From: Spirochaetia bacterium
Lineage (GTDB): Bacteria > Spirochaetota > Spirochaetia > SZUA-6 > Bin103
Reading direction: 5' to 3'
Length of the DNA stretch: 64,000 bases
NCBI GenBank assembly: GCA_965199955.1
Contig: CBDATQ010000001.1
Span: forward strand, 256,001 to 320,000
Below are positions 1-9,421 of this stretch, one piece after another. The first letter of the stretch is position 1. Each line of letters starts with the position of its first letter. A program made the position numbers and the translations under genes. The notes under the pieces were generated by a model, which was given only the letters and a program-made list of their open reading frames with translations, did not search any database and was not told where the DNA came from.

Positions 1-719
1 TCGATGAGCGGTTCCAGTGCCGCGCTGCCGTAGCCGACGATCACGTCGATCCCCTGCGCGGTCATCATGGCGGCGGCGTCCACCTTCGACAGCATGCCGC
101 CCAGGCCCAGCGGGCTCGATTCGCACGAGGCGTGCGCGCGGATGTCGTCGTCGACCCGCTCCACCACCGGGATCAGGGGCCCGTCCGCGCCGCCGGCGTG
201 CAGGCCGTCGACGTTGGTCAGGATCACGGCAAGATCGGGCCTGACGTGGGTGGCGACCAGCGCGGCCAGGATGTCGTTGTCGGTGAAGTGGCCGCGGACG
301 TCGAACTCTTCCTTGTTCACCAGGTCGTTCTCGTTGATCACCGGCACCATCCCGCGCGACAGGTACGAGTCCAGGATGCGCAGGATCGTGCGTTCCTCGC
401 GCGGGGTGTCGAAGTTGTAGTGCGTGAGAAGCACCTGCGCGACCTGTACCCCGTGCTCACCGAAGAGCTCCTGGTAGCAGTTGGCCAGCGGAATCTGGCC
501 GATGCCGGACAGCATCTGCAGCTCCAGCGGGTCGCCGGGCCGCTCGGTCCTGCCGACCACCTCCATGCCGGCGGCCACCGCCCCGGAGCTGACCAGCAGC
601 ACCTCGTGGCCGCGGCGGAGCAGCCTGGCGATCTCGGCGACCTTGGCGCGCAGCCACGTCCGGTCGAGCTGCGATCCGGGGCCGATCACCCCGGTTCCGA
701 TCTTGATGAGCACTCGCAT
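1..719 (-). CDS. proB: glutamate 5-kinase (3' end runs off the window)
   Basis: Manual translation from the ATG at 719 gives MRVLIKIGTGVI...VLLVSSGAVAAG...GQ...PVINENDLV...DNDILAA; lies immediately downstream of proA; absent from the ORF track because it is truncated. Confidence 0.93.
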   Translation of the reverse strand, partial: MRVLIKIGTGVIGPGSQLDRTWLRAKVAEIARLLRRGHEVLLVSSGAVAAGMEVVGRTERPGDPLELQMLSGIGQIPLANCYQELFGEHGVQVAQVLLTHYNFDTPREERTILRILDSYLSRGMVPVINENDLVNKEEFDVRGHFTDNDILAALVATHVRPDLAVILTNVDGLHAGGADGPLIPVVERVDDDIRAHASCESSPLGLGGMLSKVDAAAMMTAQGIDVIVGYGSAALEPLI

Positions 720-724
720 CCGCT

Positions 725-2032
725 TCAGTCCCTCGGCAGGTCGCGATGATGGAAGCTGCGCGCGCCGCCGGTGTAGTCGGCGACCACGTGGCCGTCGCCC
801 TGCAGGCGATAGGCGTAGGTGGTCAGCCCTTCGACGCCGACCGGGCCGCGCGCGTGGATGCGCGTGGTGGAGATGCCGACCTCCGCCCCCAGGCCGAAGC
901 GGTAGCCGTCGGCGAAGCGGGTCGAGCAGTTGCACAGCACCGAAGCGGAGTCGACCTGCGCGAAGAAGGCGTCCGCGGCCTGCCGGTCGGTGGTCACGAT
1001 CGCATCGGTGTGGGCGCTGCCGTGCGCGTTGATGAAGGCGATCGCCTCCTGCAGGCCGTCCACGATCCTGACCGCCAGGATCAGGTCCAGGTACTCGGTG
1101 TCCCAGTCCTCGTCGGCGGCCGGGAGCGCGTCGACCAGCGCGCGCACGCGCTCGTCGCCGCGCAGCTCCACCTGCGGCATGGACTCGCGCAGCCGCGGCA
1201 GGAGTCGCTCCGCGACGTCGGCGTGGACCAGCACGGTCTCGGCCGCATTGCAGACCGCCGGGTACTCGGTCTTGGCGTCGGTGACGATCGCCACCGCCTG
1301 CTCCAGGTCACAGGCGGCGTCGACGTACACGTGGCAGATCCCGTCGGCGTGGCCGAGCACGGCGATGCGCGTCCGGTCCTGGATGCTCCGCACCAGCTCC
1401 GGCGAGCCGCGCGGGATGATCAGGTCGACCAGGTCGTCCATGCGCAGCAGGTCGTCGATCTGGTCGCGGCTGGTCGCCAGGTGCAGCGCGCCCGCGAAGC
1501 CCGGGCCGGTGGCGGTCAGGGCCGACCGGATGCAGTCGAACAGCGCCTGGTTGGACTCGGCCGCTTCCGAACCGCCCTTGAGGATGGCGGCGTTGCCGGA
1601 CTTGATGCAAAGCGAGGCGATCTGCACCAGCGCGTCGGGCCGCGATTCGAAGATCACGCCCAGCACCCCGATCGGCACGGTCACCCGCGTCAGGGTCAGG
1701 CCGTCGTCGAGCTGGCGGGCCAACTGGACGGCCTGGAGCGGATCGGGGGCGGCGGCAACCTCCCGAAGGCTGGCGTCGATGTCGGCCATCTTGCTGTCCG
1801 ACAGGCCGAGCCGGTGGATGAGGGGCTGCGCGACCCCCTCGGCACGGGCGCGCTCCAGGTCGCGTGCGTTGGCGGCCTGGATCGCGTCCCGGTTGCGGTC
1901 GATCTCCTCGGCGACGGCGCGCAGGGCGGCGTCGCGCAGGGTGGGCGGCATGGTGCGCAGGCGGCGGCTTGCCTCGCGGGCGCTGCGGGCCGCCGCCTGC
2001 ATCGTCGGGGTCGTCAGGGTCCGGGTCGTCAT
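725..2032 (-). CDS. proA: gamma-glutamyl phosphate reductase
   Basis: Motifs IGVLGVIFESRP, LKGGSEA, CNAAET, STRFADG, GISTTRIHARGPVG; start taken at MTTRT (ATGA overlap with the proC stop). Confidence 0.96.
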   Translation of the reverse strand: MTTRTLTTPTMQAAARSAREASRRLRTMPPTLRDAALRAVAEEIDRNRDAIQAANARDLERARAEGVAQPLIHRLGLSDSKMADIDASLREVAAAPDPLQAVQLARQLDDGLTLTRVTVPIGVLGVIFESRPDALVQIASLCIKSGNAAILKGGSEAAESNQALFDCIRSALTATGPGFAGALHLATSRDQIDDLLRMDDLVDLIIPRGSPELVRSIQDRTRIAVLGHADGICHVYVDAACDLEQAVAIVTDAKTEYPAVCNAAETVLVHADVAERLLPRLRESMPQVELRGDERVRALVDALPAADEDWDTEYLDLILAVRIVDGLQEAIAFINAHGSAHTDAIVTTDRQAADAFFAQVDSASVLCNCSTRFADGYRFGLGAEVGISTTRIHARGPVGVEGLTTYAYRLQGDGHVVADYTGGARSFHHRDLPRD

Positions 2033-2850
2033 GCTCGGCCTCCGGCCAGCTCGCGGCCGCGCTCGGTGGCGGCGGCGATGGTGGCGGCGATCACGGTCTG
2101 CAGGTCGGAGGACTCCAGCACGGCGCGGCCGGCCACGGTCGTGCCGCCGGGCGAGCTGACCATGTCGACGAAGTCCGCCGTGTCGTAGTCGTGCTCCTGC
2201 AGCAGCGTTGCCGTTCCCCTGGCGGTCTGCAGGGTGAGCGCGCGCGCCGCCTCCCGCGGCAGGCCGCATGCTTCCCCGGCGTCGATGAACGCCTGCAGCA
2301 GCCGGGCGATGAACGCCGGTCCCGATCCGGACACCGCGGTAACGGCGTTCAGGTGCTCCTCGTCCACTTCCAGGGCCACGCCGAGCGCGCGCAGCAGACC
2401 GCCGACGACGCGGGCGTCGTTCTCGGTGGCGGACGGGCCGCGGGCGAAGCCGGCCGCCATCTCTCCCACCACGCAGGGCAGGTTTGGCATCACGCGGACC
2501 AGGCGCGCGCCCGGAAGCCAGCCCGCAAGGCGCGCCAGGGTGACGCCGGCGGCGATCGACACCACCAGCCGTCCGGCCAGGTCGACACCTGACCCGGCCA
2601 GTTCGGCGGACGCCGTCTGCAGGTGCTGCGGCTTGACCGCCAGGAACAGGATTTCAGCGTCACGGGCCACGGCGGCGTTGTCCGCGGCCGGCGTGGCGCC
2701 GGTCTCGGCACAGAACCGGTCCATCACGTCCCGGACCGGATCGTACGCCGTGATCGAGCCGGCCAGGCCGGCGGCGTGGATGCCCCGCGCCAGTCCCGAC
2801 GCCATGGTGCCGGCGCCAACGAAGCCGAGGGAGGGTCGTGACGTGTTCAT
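2029..2850 (-). CDS. proC: pyrroline-5-carboxylate reductase
   Basis: GAGTMA Rossmann motif, LAVKPQ, RVMPNLP, SGSGPAF, VSSPGGTT. Confidence 0.96.
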   Translation of the reverse strand: MNTSRPSLGFVGAGTMASGLARGIHAAGLAGSITAYDPVRDVMDRFCAETGATPAADNAAVARDAEILFLAVKPQHLQTASAELAGSGVDLAGRLVVSIAAGVTLARLAGWLPGARLVRVMPNLPCVVGEMAAGFARGPSATENDARVVGGLLRALGVALEVDEEHLNAVTAVSGSGPAFIARLLQAFIDAGEACGLPREAARALTLQTARGTATLLQEHDYDTADFVDMVSSPGGTTVAGRAVLESSDLQTVIAATIAAATERGRELAGGRA

Positions 2851-2874
2851 GATTCGCCATCCGGGCGAGCGACG

Positions 2875-4197
2875 CTACGTCGCCCGACGCGGATCGATCA
2901 TGAGGATGCGCGAGCCGCGCTGACGATCATAGAGGCTGCGCCGTGCGGCCGGCAACGCATCCAGGTCGGCGTCCCGGAACCCCAGCTCCCGGAAGAAGTC
3001 GATCGCCTGCGTGGTCAGCACGAACACCCGGCGCGCGCCGCCGTCGCTCGCACGGCGCAGCAGCAGCTCGACCAGGCGGCGGCCGACGTTGGCGGCGCGG
3101 TGCGACGGGTTCACCGCCAGTCCGAAGATCTCCGCGTCTCCGCCGCCCAGCCGGTCCAGCCCGCTGCATCCCTGGATGGTGTCGTCGACGCGGTATACGA
3201 CCCAGTCGTCGATGGCGGCGCCGATCTGCTCCGGCGAGCGCGACACCAGCAGGCCGCGGGTGACCAGTGGCTGCAGCAGGCTCATGATGGCCGGCACGTC
3301 CTCCGGCGTGGCGGCGCCGAAGTCGGAGAAGCGGTCGGCGTACACCATCGTCCCGGAGCCGCCGACGGAGAAGGTCTCCTCCAGCAGCACCCCGTCGCGC
3401 CTGCCGTCGATCACGTGCACGCGCTCGACGCCGCCCCGGCAGGCGTCGATGGCCAGGCGAAGCATCGCCCGCGCCTCGCCGCCCAGGTTGGCGTCCGCGG
3501 CCAGGGCGGCCGCCTCTTCGACCGTCATCGTCGAGAACGCGCCGGAGTCCCGCAGCGGCTGGCCGCCTGCCGGGCGATCGGATCGTCCGGGAGCCGGTAT
3601 CCCGGGCGCGGCAGCGGCGACGAACAGCTTGGCGGCGTGCATGCCGGTGGCGACCGCCACGGCCAGGTCGTCGCTGCCCAGGTTGTAGGCGGTGCCGGCC
3701 GCGTTCCAGCCGATGGTGGTGACGATCGGCACGACCTCGCGGTCGATCAGCGTCCGGATCAGCGCGGCGTCGACCCGTTCCACGCGCCCGGACCGGTCAT
3801 AGTCGATGCCGGCGACCACGCCCAGGGAGCGGGCGCGCACCCAGTTGCCGGAGGCGGCGTGCCCCCCGCACTCGCTGAACAGCGACATGAGCCGCGTGCT
3901 CAGCGCCGCCACCGCGTGGATGACGTGCTCCATCATCGGCTCGGTGGTGACGCGCAGGCCGCGATGGTAGCGGGAAGGCAGCGACGCGCGTTCCAGCGCC
4001 CGGTCGATCGCGCCGCGCGCCCCTGTCACCACCACCGTGCGGATCCCCATGCGCTGCAGCAGCACGATGTCGTGCACGAGCACCGCCGCCATCGGCGACT
4101 CCAGCACGCGGTCGTCCACCTTGATCACGAACAGGCTGCCGCGGAAACGCGCCAGGTACGTGACCGCGTCGCGGATTGCGCCGACCGGTGCGGTCAC
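2875..4197 (-). CDS. argA: amino-acid N-acetyltransferase (N-acetylglutamate synthase: amino-acid-kinase-like domain plus GNAT)
   Basis: YLARFRGSLFVIK, GLRVT, GGVERVHVIDG, C-terminal GNAT (VFVLTTQAIDFF...GF, RGSRIL); start uncertain (GTG 4197 or 4233). Confidence 0.88.
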   Translation of the reverse strand: MTAPVGAIRDAVTYLARFRGSLFVIKVDDRVLESPMAAVLVHDIVLLQRMGIRTVVVTGARGAIDRALERASLPSRYHRGLRVTTEPMMEHVIHAVAALSTRLMSLFSECGGHAASGNWVRARSLGVVAGIDYDRSGRVERVDAALIRTLIDREVVPIVTTIGWNAAGTAYNLGSDDLAVAVATGMHAAKLFVAAAAPGIPAPGRSDRPAGGQPLRDSGAFSTMTVEEAAALAADANLGGEARAMLRLAIDACRGGVERVHVIDGRRDGVLLEETFSVGGSGTMVYADRFSDFGAATPEDVPAIMSLLQPLVTRGLLVSRSPEQIGAAIDDWVVYRVDDTIQGCSGLDRLGGGDAEIFGLAVNPSHRAANVGRRLVELLLRRASDGGARRVFVLTTQAIDFFRELGFRDADLDALPAARRSLYDRQRGSRILMIDPRRAT

Positions 4198-4260
4198 GTG
4201 GTCCCCGTTCGCGTATGCGCCTTGACACGACACCGCTCTTGAGCGGACATTGGCTCGGTC

Positions 4261-4947
4261 ATGATAACCAACCGCAGCCTCCGTTTCGCGCTCTGCACCC
4301 TTCTCCTGCTGGCCCCGCTCGCCACGCTGGCCGCGCAGGAGATGGACATGATGCAGGACGACGAAGGTTTCTACATCACGGCCGGCTACTCCGCAGCGAC
4401 GCCCGGCACGATAGTTGGCTCCAACGAAGACACTAGCGCTTCGGTCGGGACCGGATTCGGCTACCTCGGCGGCCGGTTCGGCATCGGCTACGCCGTGGCC
4501 GGGTTCCGGCCGGAAGCTTCCGTCGGCTACCGCAGCGCCACGATGACATCACTGCAGGTCACGAAGCCCGCCAATTTCCGGTTGGAGCTGGACAGCGGCA
4601 CGGTCAGCTCGATCGATCTGGCGGCCAACGTCTACTACGACATCGACAGCGGCGGACCGTTCTCCCTCTACCTTGGGGTCGGCGGAGGATTGTCGCTGAT
4701 AACGGTGACGCTGCCGGACACCGTTGACGAACCTTTCAGGACGACCTATAGCGATTCGGCGTCGGCGCTTTCCGCTCAGGCGGCCGCCGGCATCGGCTAC
4801 GACATCATGGACGCCCTGACGCTCACGCTCGGCTACCGGCTGGTAGCCACGATGGAAGCCAACTTCAGCAAGTACAGCACGACTGGGGCGAAGACGGACC
4901 TGGCGCTCGGCCACAACATCGAGGCGGGGCTGCGCTTCCTGTTCTGA
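4261..4947 (+). CDS. outer-membrane beta-barrel protein (opacity/OmpA-TM-like)
   Basis: Signal peptide, alternating hydrophobic strands (ANVYYD, YLGVGGG, LTLGYR), C-terminal EAGLRFLF barrel signature. Confidence 0.8.
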   Translation: MITNRSLRFALCTLLLLAPLATLAAQEMDMMQDDEGFYITAGYSAATPGTIVGSNEDTSASVGTGFGYLGGRFGIGYAVAGFRPEASVGYRSATMTSLQVTKPANFRLELDSGTVSSIDLAANVYYDIDSGGPFSLYLGVGGGLSLITVTLPDTVDEPFRTTYSDSASALSAQAAAGIGYDIMDALTLTLGYRLVATMEANFSKYSTTGAKTDLALGHNIEAGLRFLF

Positions 4948-5534
4948 TGAGCGCACACGGTAGCCTCCGCGTCGCGGTCTGCGCGCTGCTTGCGCTGGCT
5001 CCGCTCGTCAACCTGGCCGCGCAGGAAGAGACGCCGGGCGGTAGAATCTATGTCAGTGCCGCCTACGGCATCGTGCTCCCCGCCGACCGAACGATCGGCG
5101 AAGAGACGCTCACGACCGACGTGGGCCTGCTCGGCGGCCACGCCGGCGTCGGCTTCCACGTGCTCGGCTTCCGCCCGGAGTTGTCGGCCGGCTATCGCCT
5201 GACCAACGTCAAGGACCGGGAAGAGCAGTCCATCACCGCGATCGACGTGATCGCCAGCGTCTACTACGACCTCGGCATCGGCATTCTGATCGCCCCCTAC
5301 GTGGGCGTCGGCGGCGGGGTGTCGCAGTCCACCGTCAAGCAGGAGAAGAGCAAGTCGGTATTGACACCGGCTTTCCAGGGTGCCGCGGGCATCGGCTTCG
5401 TCCTGGGAGACCTGACCCTCACTCTGGGCTATCGCCTGCGCGGCACGACGGACGCCGAGATCCCGGATACGAAGGAACTGTTGAAGGCGGGCCTCGCTCA
5501 CAGCCTGGAGGCGGGGCTGCGCTACTCGTTCTGA
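4947..5534 (+). CDS. outer-membrane beta-barrel protein, paralog of the upstream gene
   Basis: TGATG coupling; shares the LAAQE cleavage site and the FRPE, VYYD, PYVGVGGG, LTLGYR, EAGLRYSF motifs. Confidence 0.8.
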   Translation: MSAHGSLRVAVCALLALAPLVNLAAQEETPGGRIYVSAAYGIVLPADRTIGEETLTTDVGLLGGHAGVGFHVLGFRPELSAGYRLTNVKDREEQSITAIDVIASVYYDLGIGILIAPYVGVGGGVSQSTVKQEKSKSVLTPAFQGAAGIGFVLGDLTLTLGYRLRGTTDAEIPDTKELLKAGLAHSLEAGLRYSF

Positions 5535-5601
5535 AACTCCGGCGACGGCCGGTGAGGCGCCGGAGTTCCCCGAGCCGTGAGCGACGACCGGGTCGATTCG
5601 G

Positions 5602-6660
5602 ATGACCGGCTCGATTCCCGTGGCGGGCGCAGGGAATTGCTGCACTCCCAGCCGTTCCCGGCCCGCAGCGGCGCCGGTGCCGCGCCGCTCCCGCTCCGGC
5701 CCCACGCCGGGCGCGGCGCCGGGACCGGACGCCGCGCGCCGGTTGCTGGCCCGCGTCGGCAATACGGAGCGCCGGCGCTGCGACGCGCTTGCCGGCCGCG
5801 TCCCAATCCCCGGCGGCCGCTTCATGATGGGCACCGACAACCCCGACGGCTTCCCCACCGACGGCGAGGGGCCGGTGCGCGAGGTGACCGTCTCACCGTT
5901 CGTCTGCGACGCGTTCTGCGTGACCGGCTACCGCTTCGCGCGCTTCGTCGCCGCCACCGGCTACGTCACGGAAGCCGAGCTGTTCGGCTGGTCGTTCGTG
6001 TTCCACGCGCACGTGCCGGAAGCGGTCGCCGACCGATACGAGGTCCGTAAGGTGCCGGGCGTCGCATGGTGGCGCGGGGTGCCGGGCGCCTGCTGGGCGC
6101 AGCCGGAGGGACCCGGCAGTACGCTGGACGGCCGGCTGGACGAGCCGGTCGCGCACGTGGCCTGGAACGACGCCGTGGCCCTGGCGCGCTTCGAACGGGG
6201 ACGCCTGCCCACCGAGGCGGAGTGGGAGCTGGCCGCGCGCGGCGGGTTGGAGCAGGCGGTCTACTGCTGGGGCGACGAGCTCGAGCCCGGCGGCGAGCAC
6301 CGCTGCAACATCTGGCAGGGAGCGTTTCCCGATCGCGACACGGCCGCGGACGGCTACGCCGGCCGGGCGCCGGTCGACGCGTTCGCGCCCAACGGACTCG
6401 GGCTGCACAGCCCGGCCGGCAACGTCTGGGAGTGGTGCGCGGACTGGTTCGCTACCGACCACGGGACCGGCCGCGTCGACCCGCGCGGACCGGCGCGCGG
6501 GCGCGGCAAGGTGATGAAGGGCGGCTCGTTTCTGTGTCACCATTCGTACTGCAACCGGTACCGGGTCGGCGCCCGCACCGCCAACACGCCCGACAGCTCG
6601 ACCGCCAACTGCGGCGTGCGGCTGGTGTTCCCGCCGGACTCCCAGGAGGCATCGTCATGA
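5602..6660 (+). CDS. formylglycine-generating enzyme (SUMF1/FGE)
   Basis: RLPTEAEWE, GNVWEW, KGGSFLCHHSYCNRYR with both catalytic Cys. Confidence 0.92.
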   Translation: MTGSIPVAGAGNCCTPSRSRPAAAPVPRRSRSGPTPGAAPGPDAARRLLARVGNTERRRCDALAGRVPIPGGRFMMGTDNPDGFPTDGEGPVREVTVSPFVCDAFCVTGYRFARFVAATGYVTEAELFGWSFVFHAHVPEAVADRYEVRKVPGVAWWRGVPGACWAQPEGPGSTLDGRLDEPVAHVAWNDAVALARFERGRLPTEAEWELAARGGLEQAVYCWGDELEPGGEHRCNIWQGAFPDRDTAADGYAGRAPVDAFAPNGLGLHSPAGNVWEWCADWFATDHGTGRVDPRGPARGRGKVMKGGSFLCHHSYCNRYRVGARTANTPDSSTANCGVRLVFPPDSQEASS

Positions 6661-7394
6661 CCGATCGCGAACAGGCGCTGGCCGAGCTCGACATCCACGG
6701 GTTCACGGTCGTGCAGGAGGTCCTCGACGCCGCTCAGGTGGGGGCGATGAAGGCCGCCCTGATGCGCTGCGAGCGCGAGGTGGGCACCGATCACCGCCAC
6801 CGCGGCGCGGCCCGTCACGTGGCCAACCTGCCGACCCTGGATCCGGTGTTCTTCACGTGCCTGGATCACCCGAAGATCCTGCCGCTCCTCGTCCACTACC
6901 TGGGGGACACGCTGATCCTGGCCAGCCTGAACGCGCGCATCGTGCGGCCGGGCGACGGGGACCAGGGGCTGCACAGCGACATCGGCGCGGACCTGCTGAA
7001 CATGGCCTCACCGGTGATGATGAACACCGTGTGGATGCTGGACGACTTCTCGGCCGAGAACGGCGGCACGCGCGTCGTGCCCGGCTCGCACCGAAGCGGG
7101 CTTCAGGAGCCGCCGGAGGGATTCCGCGTCCGGCACATGCACCAGGCGCAGGCGCCCGCCGGCAGCGTGCTGGTGTTCAACGGCCAGTGCTGGCACGGCG
7201 GCGGCGCCAACCGCTCGCAGGGCCGGCGGCACGCGCTGTTCGGCCACTATCGCAAGCACCTCATGCGCTTCCAGGTGGACCCGCACGAGGGGTTCCCGGC
7301 GGAGTGGCTGCCGCTGCTCAACGGCCGGCAGAAGCGCCTCTTGCGCATGCACAACGGACTGGGCGCCCCCCGTTCCGCCGACTCCCACCGCTGA
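6657..7394 (+). CDS. phytanoyl-CoA dioxygenase family (PhyH) Fe(II)/2OG oxygenase
   Basis: Real start MTDREQ (ATGA overlap); HSD iron motif, WMLDDF...NGGTRVVPGSH, WHGGGAN. Confidence 0.88.
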   Translation: MTDREQALAELDIHGFTVVQEVLDAAQVGAMKAALMRCEREVGTDHRHRGAARHVANLPTLDPVFFTCLDHPKILPLLVHYLGDTLILASLNARIVRPGDGDQGLHSDIGADLLNMASPVMMNTVWMLDDFSAENGGTRVVPGSHRSGLQEPPEGFRVRHMHQAQAPAGSVLVFNGQCWHGGGANRSQGRRHALFGHYRKHLMRFQVDPHEGFPAEWLPLLNGRQKRLLRMHNGLGAPRSADSHR

Positions 7395-7433
7395 GGAGCG
7401 GAGCGCTCGCTACTCAATCGGCTATCGGTACCA

Positions 7434-8729
7434 TCATCGCCTGCCGGTATCATTACCGGTGAGCGCGGCGAACCGTTCGAAGAAGTTCGGGAAGGTCTTG
7501 GCCGCGCAGCCCGGCTCCAGGATGGTGAGGCCGGGCACCCGCAGGCCGGTCACCGCGAACGCCATCGCCATGCGGTGGTCTTCGTAGGTCCGGATCGCCG
7601 CCGGCGCGAGCCGTGACGGCTCGATGCGCAGGCCATCCGGGCGCTCCTCAACCGTGGCACCCAGGCGCCGCAGCTCGGCGGTCAGCGCCGCGATACGGTC
7701 GGTCTCCTGCACGCGGATGTGCGCGACGTTGCGGATCGTCACCGGCGCATCCGCGAACGGCGCGATCGCCGCGAAGGTCGGCGTCAGGTCGGAGACGGCG
7801 TTGAGGTCGAGCTCGACGCCGCGCAGGCGTTCCGGCCCGGTGACGGTGATGCCTTCCAAGTCCTCGCGCACCTCGCAGCCCATCCGGCGCAGGATGTCCG
7901 CGCAGGCAATGTCGCCCTGCGGCGAGTCGGCGGCCAGCCCGCGGACGCATACGCTGCCGCCGGTGATTGCGGCAGCGGCCAGGAAGTAGGAGGCGTTGGT
8001 GGCGTCCGGCTCCACGTCGTAGTCGCGGCCTCGGTAGCCGGCACCGGCGGCGATGTCGAAGACGCCCGGCTTCGGCCGGCCTGCTTCGACGCCGAAGTCG
8101 CGCATCACCCGCGCGGACAGGTCGATGAACGGCTCGGAGGGCACCGGGCCGTCCACGACGATGGTGGTGGCGCCGGCGGCGGCCGGCGCGCACAGCAGCA
8201 GCGCCGACACCGGCTGGCTCGAGTGCGCGGCGCTCATCTCGATGCGCCCGGCGGGCAGGCCGGCCGCCCGGAGCTCGAACGGCAGGTGGCCGGGCTCGCC
8301 GGCGAAGCGGAAGCGCGCGCCGGCGGCGGCCAACACCGCCGGCAGGTCGCCCATGGGCCGCTCGCGCATGCGCTGCGCGCCGTCGAAGCGGTAGACGCCC
8401 CGTCCGGCGGCGGCGACCGCGGTCAGGAAGCGCGCCGTGGTGCCGGAATAGCGCACATCCAGTTCGGCCGTTGCCGCCGGGATGGTGCCGCCGGCGCCCT
8501 CGACGGCGATGCGGGCCTGCGCGGGCTCGGCCTCGATGCCGATGCCGAGCCGCATCAGGCCGTCCATGCACGCTTCGGTGTCGTCGCTGAACTGCGCGCC
8601 GCGCAGCGTCGACCGGCCGGTCGCCAGCGCCGCCACCACCAGCGCGCGGTTGGTCAGGCTCTTCGAGCCGGGCACGGTCACGGTCCCGCGCACCGGACCG
8701 GCGGCCGGCGCTACCTCGTGGGCTTCCAT
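7434..8729 (-). CDS. aroA: EPSP synthase
   Basis: PGSKSLTNR, SGTTARF, RPM, SSQ, ETDRI, DHRMAM. Confidence 0.96.
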   Translation of the reverse strand: MEAHEVAPAAGPVRGTVTVPGSKSLTNRALVVAALATGRSTLRGAQFSDDTEACMDGLMRLGIGIEAEPAQARIAVEGAGGTIPAATAELDVRYSGTTARFLTAVAAAGRGVYRFDGAQRMRERPMGDLPAVLAAAGARFRFAGEPGHLPFELRAAGLPAGRIEMSAAHSSQPVSALLLCAPAAAGATTIVVDGPVPSEPFIDLSARVMRDFGVEAGRPKPGVFDIAAGAGYRGRDYDVEPDATNASYFLAAAAITGGSVCVRGLAADSPQGDIACADILRRMGCEVREDLEGITVTGPERLRGVELDLNAVSDLTPTFAAIAPFADAPVTIRNVAHIRVQETDRIAALTAELRRLGATVEERPDGLRIEPSRLAPAAIRTYEDHRMAMAFAVTGLRVPGLTILEPGCAAKTFPNFFERFAALTGNDTGRR

Positions 8730-8816
8730 GCGCCAAGCGTACCCCGCGGGCGGCGCGCGGCGCCTGGCGGCGCCAACGCTTGTTGGCCCGACCCGTGGGC
8801 CTTTAGGATTCGCACC

Positions 8817-9194
8817 ATGAACCGTGAAGCGATAGCCCCCAAGGACGGTCCGCCAGCCGGCGGCCCCTACTCACCCATCATCCGCTACGGAGACGTGGCC
8901 TTCATCTCCGGGCAGGTCGCGCTCGACCCCGCCACCGGGGAGCCGGTGCGCGATTCGTTCGAGGCCGAGACCCACCAGGTGCTGCGCAACCTGCGCACGC
9001 AGGTCGAGGCCGCCGGCTCCAGCATGGACAAGGTCCTGAAGACCACCGTGTTCCTGGAGGACATGGACAACTTCGCCCGGATGAACGAGATCTACGTGCA
9101 GTACTTCCCGGAGCCGCGCCCGGCCCGCAGCACCATCAACGCCGCTCCACCCGGCGGCTACCGGGTCGAGGTCGAGGCGATCGTCGGGTTCTGA
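8817..9194 (+). CDS. RidA/YjgF family enamine deaminase
   Basis: MNREAI...GPYSP...ISGQVA...KTTVFL...MNEIY...PARS...VEVEAI. Confidence 0.9.
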   Translation: MNREAIAPKDGPPAGGPYSPIIRYGDVAFISGQVALDPATGEPVRDSFEAETHQVLRNLRTQVEAAGSSMDKVLKTTVFLEDMDNFARMNEIYVQYFPEPRPARSTINAAPPGGYRVEVEAIVGF

Positions 9195-9198
9195 CCCC

Positions 9199-9408
9199 AT
9201 GCACGGCCTGCTGGTGGCTGCCGGCCTGTTGTTGCTGAGCGCCGCGTCCTTCACGCTCGCGCTGCCGATCCTGGACTTCACCGGCGTGCTCCGCCGGCTG
9301 TTCGACGGCTACCCGGCCACGCCCGAGATGGCGGCGCGCCTGGGCGTGGCCGGGTCGATCTGCCTGGTGCTGGGCTGGCTGCTGTACCGCAGGCAGGACG
9401 GCGCCTGA
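9199..9408 (+). CDS. small two-TM hypothetical membrane protein
   Basis: 69-aa ORF with two hydrophobic stretches that fills the gap between ridA and pyrG. Confidence 0.55.
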   Translation: MHGLLVAAGLLLLSAASFTLALPILDFTGVLRRLFDGYPATPEMAARLGVAGSICLVLGWLLYRRQDGA

Positions 9409-9421
9409 CGGGGCGCGCGTA

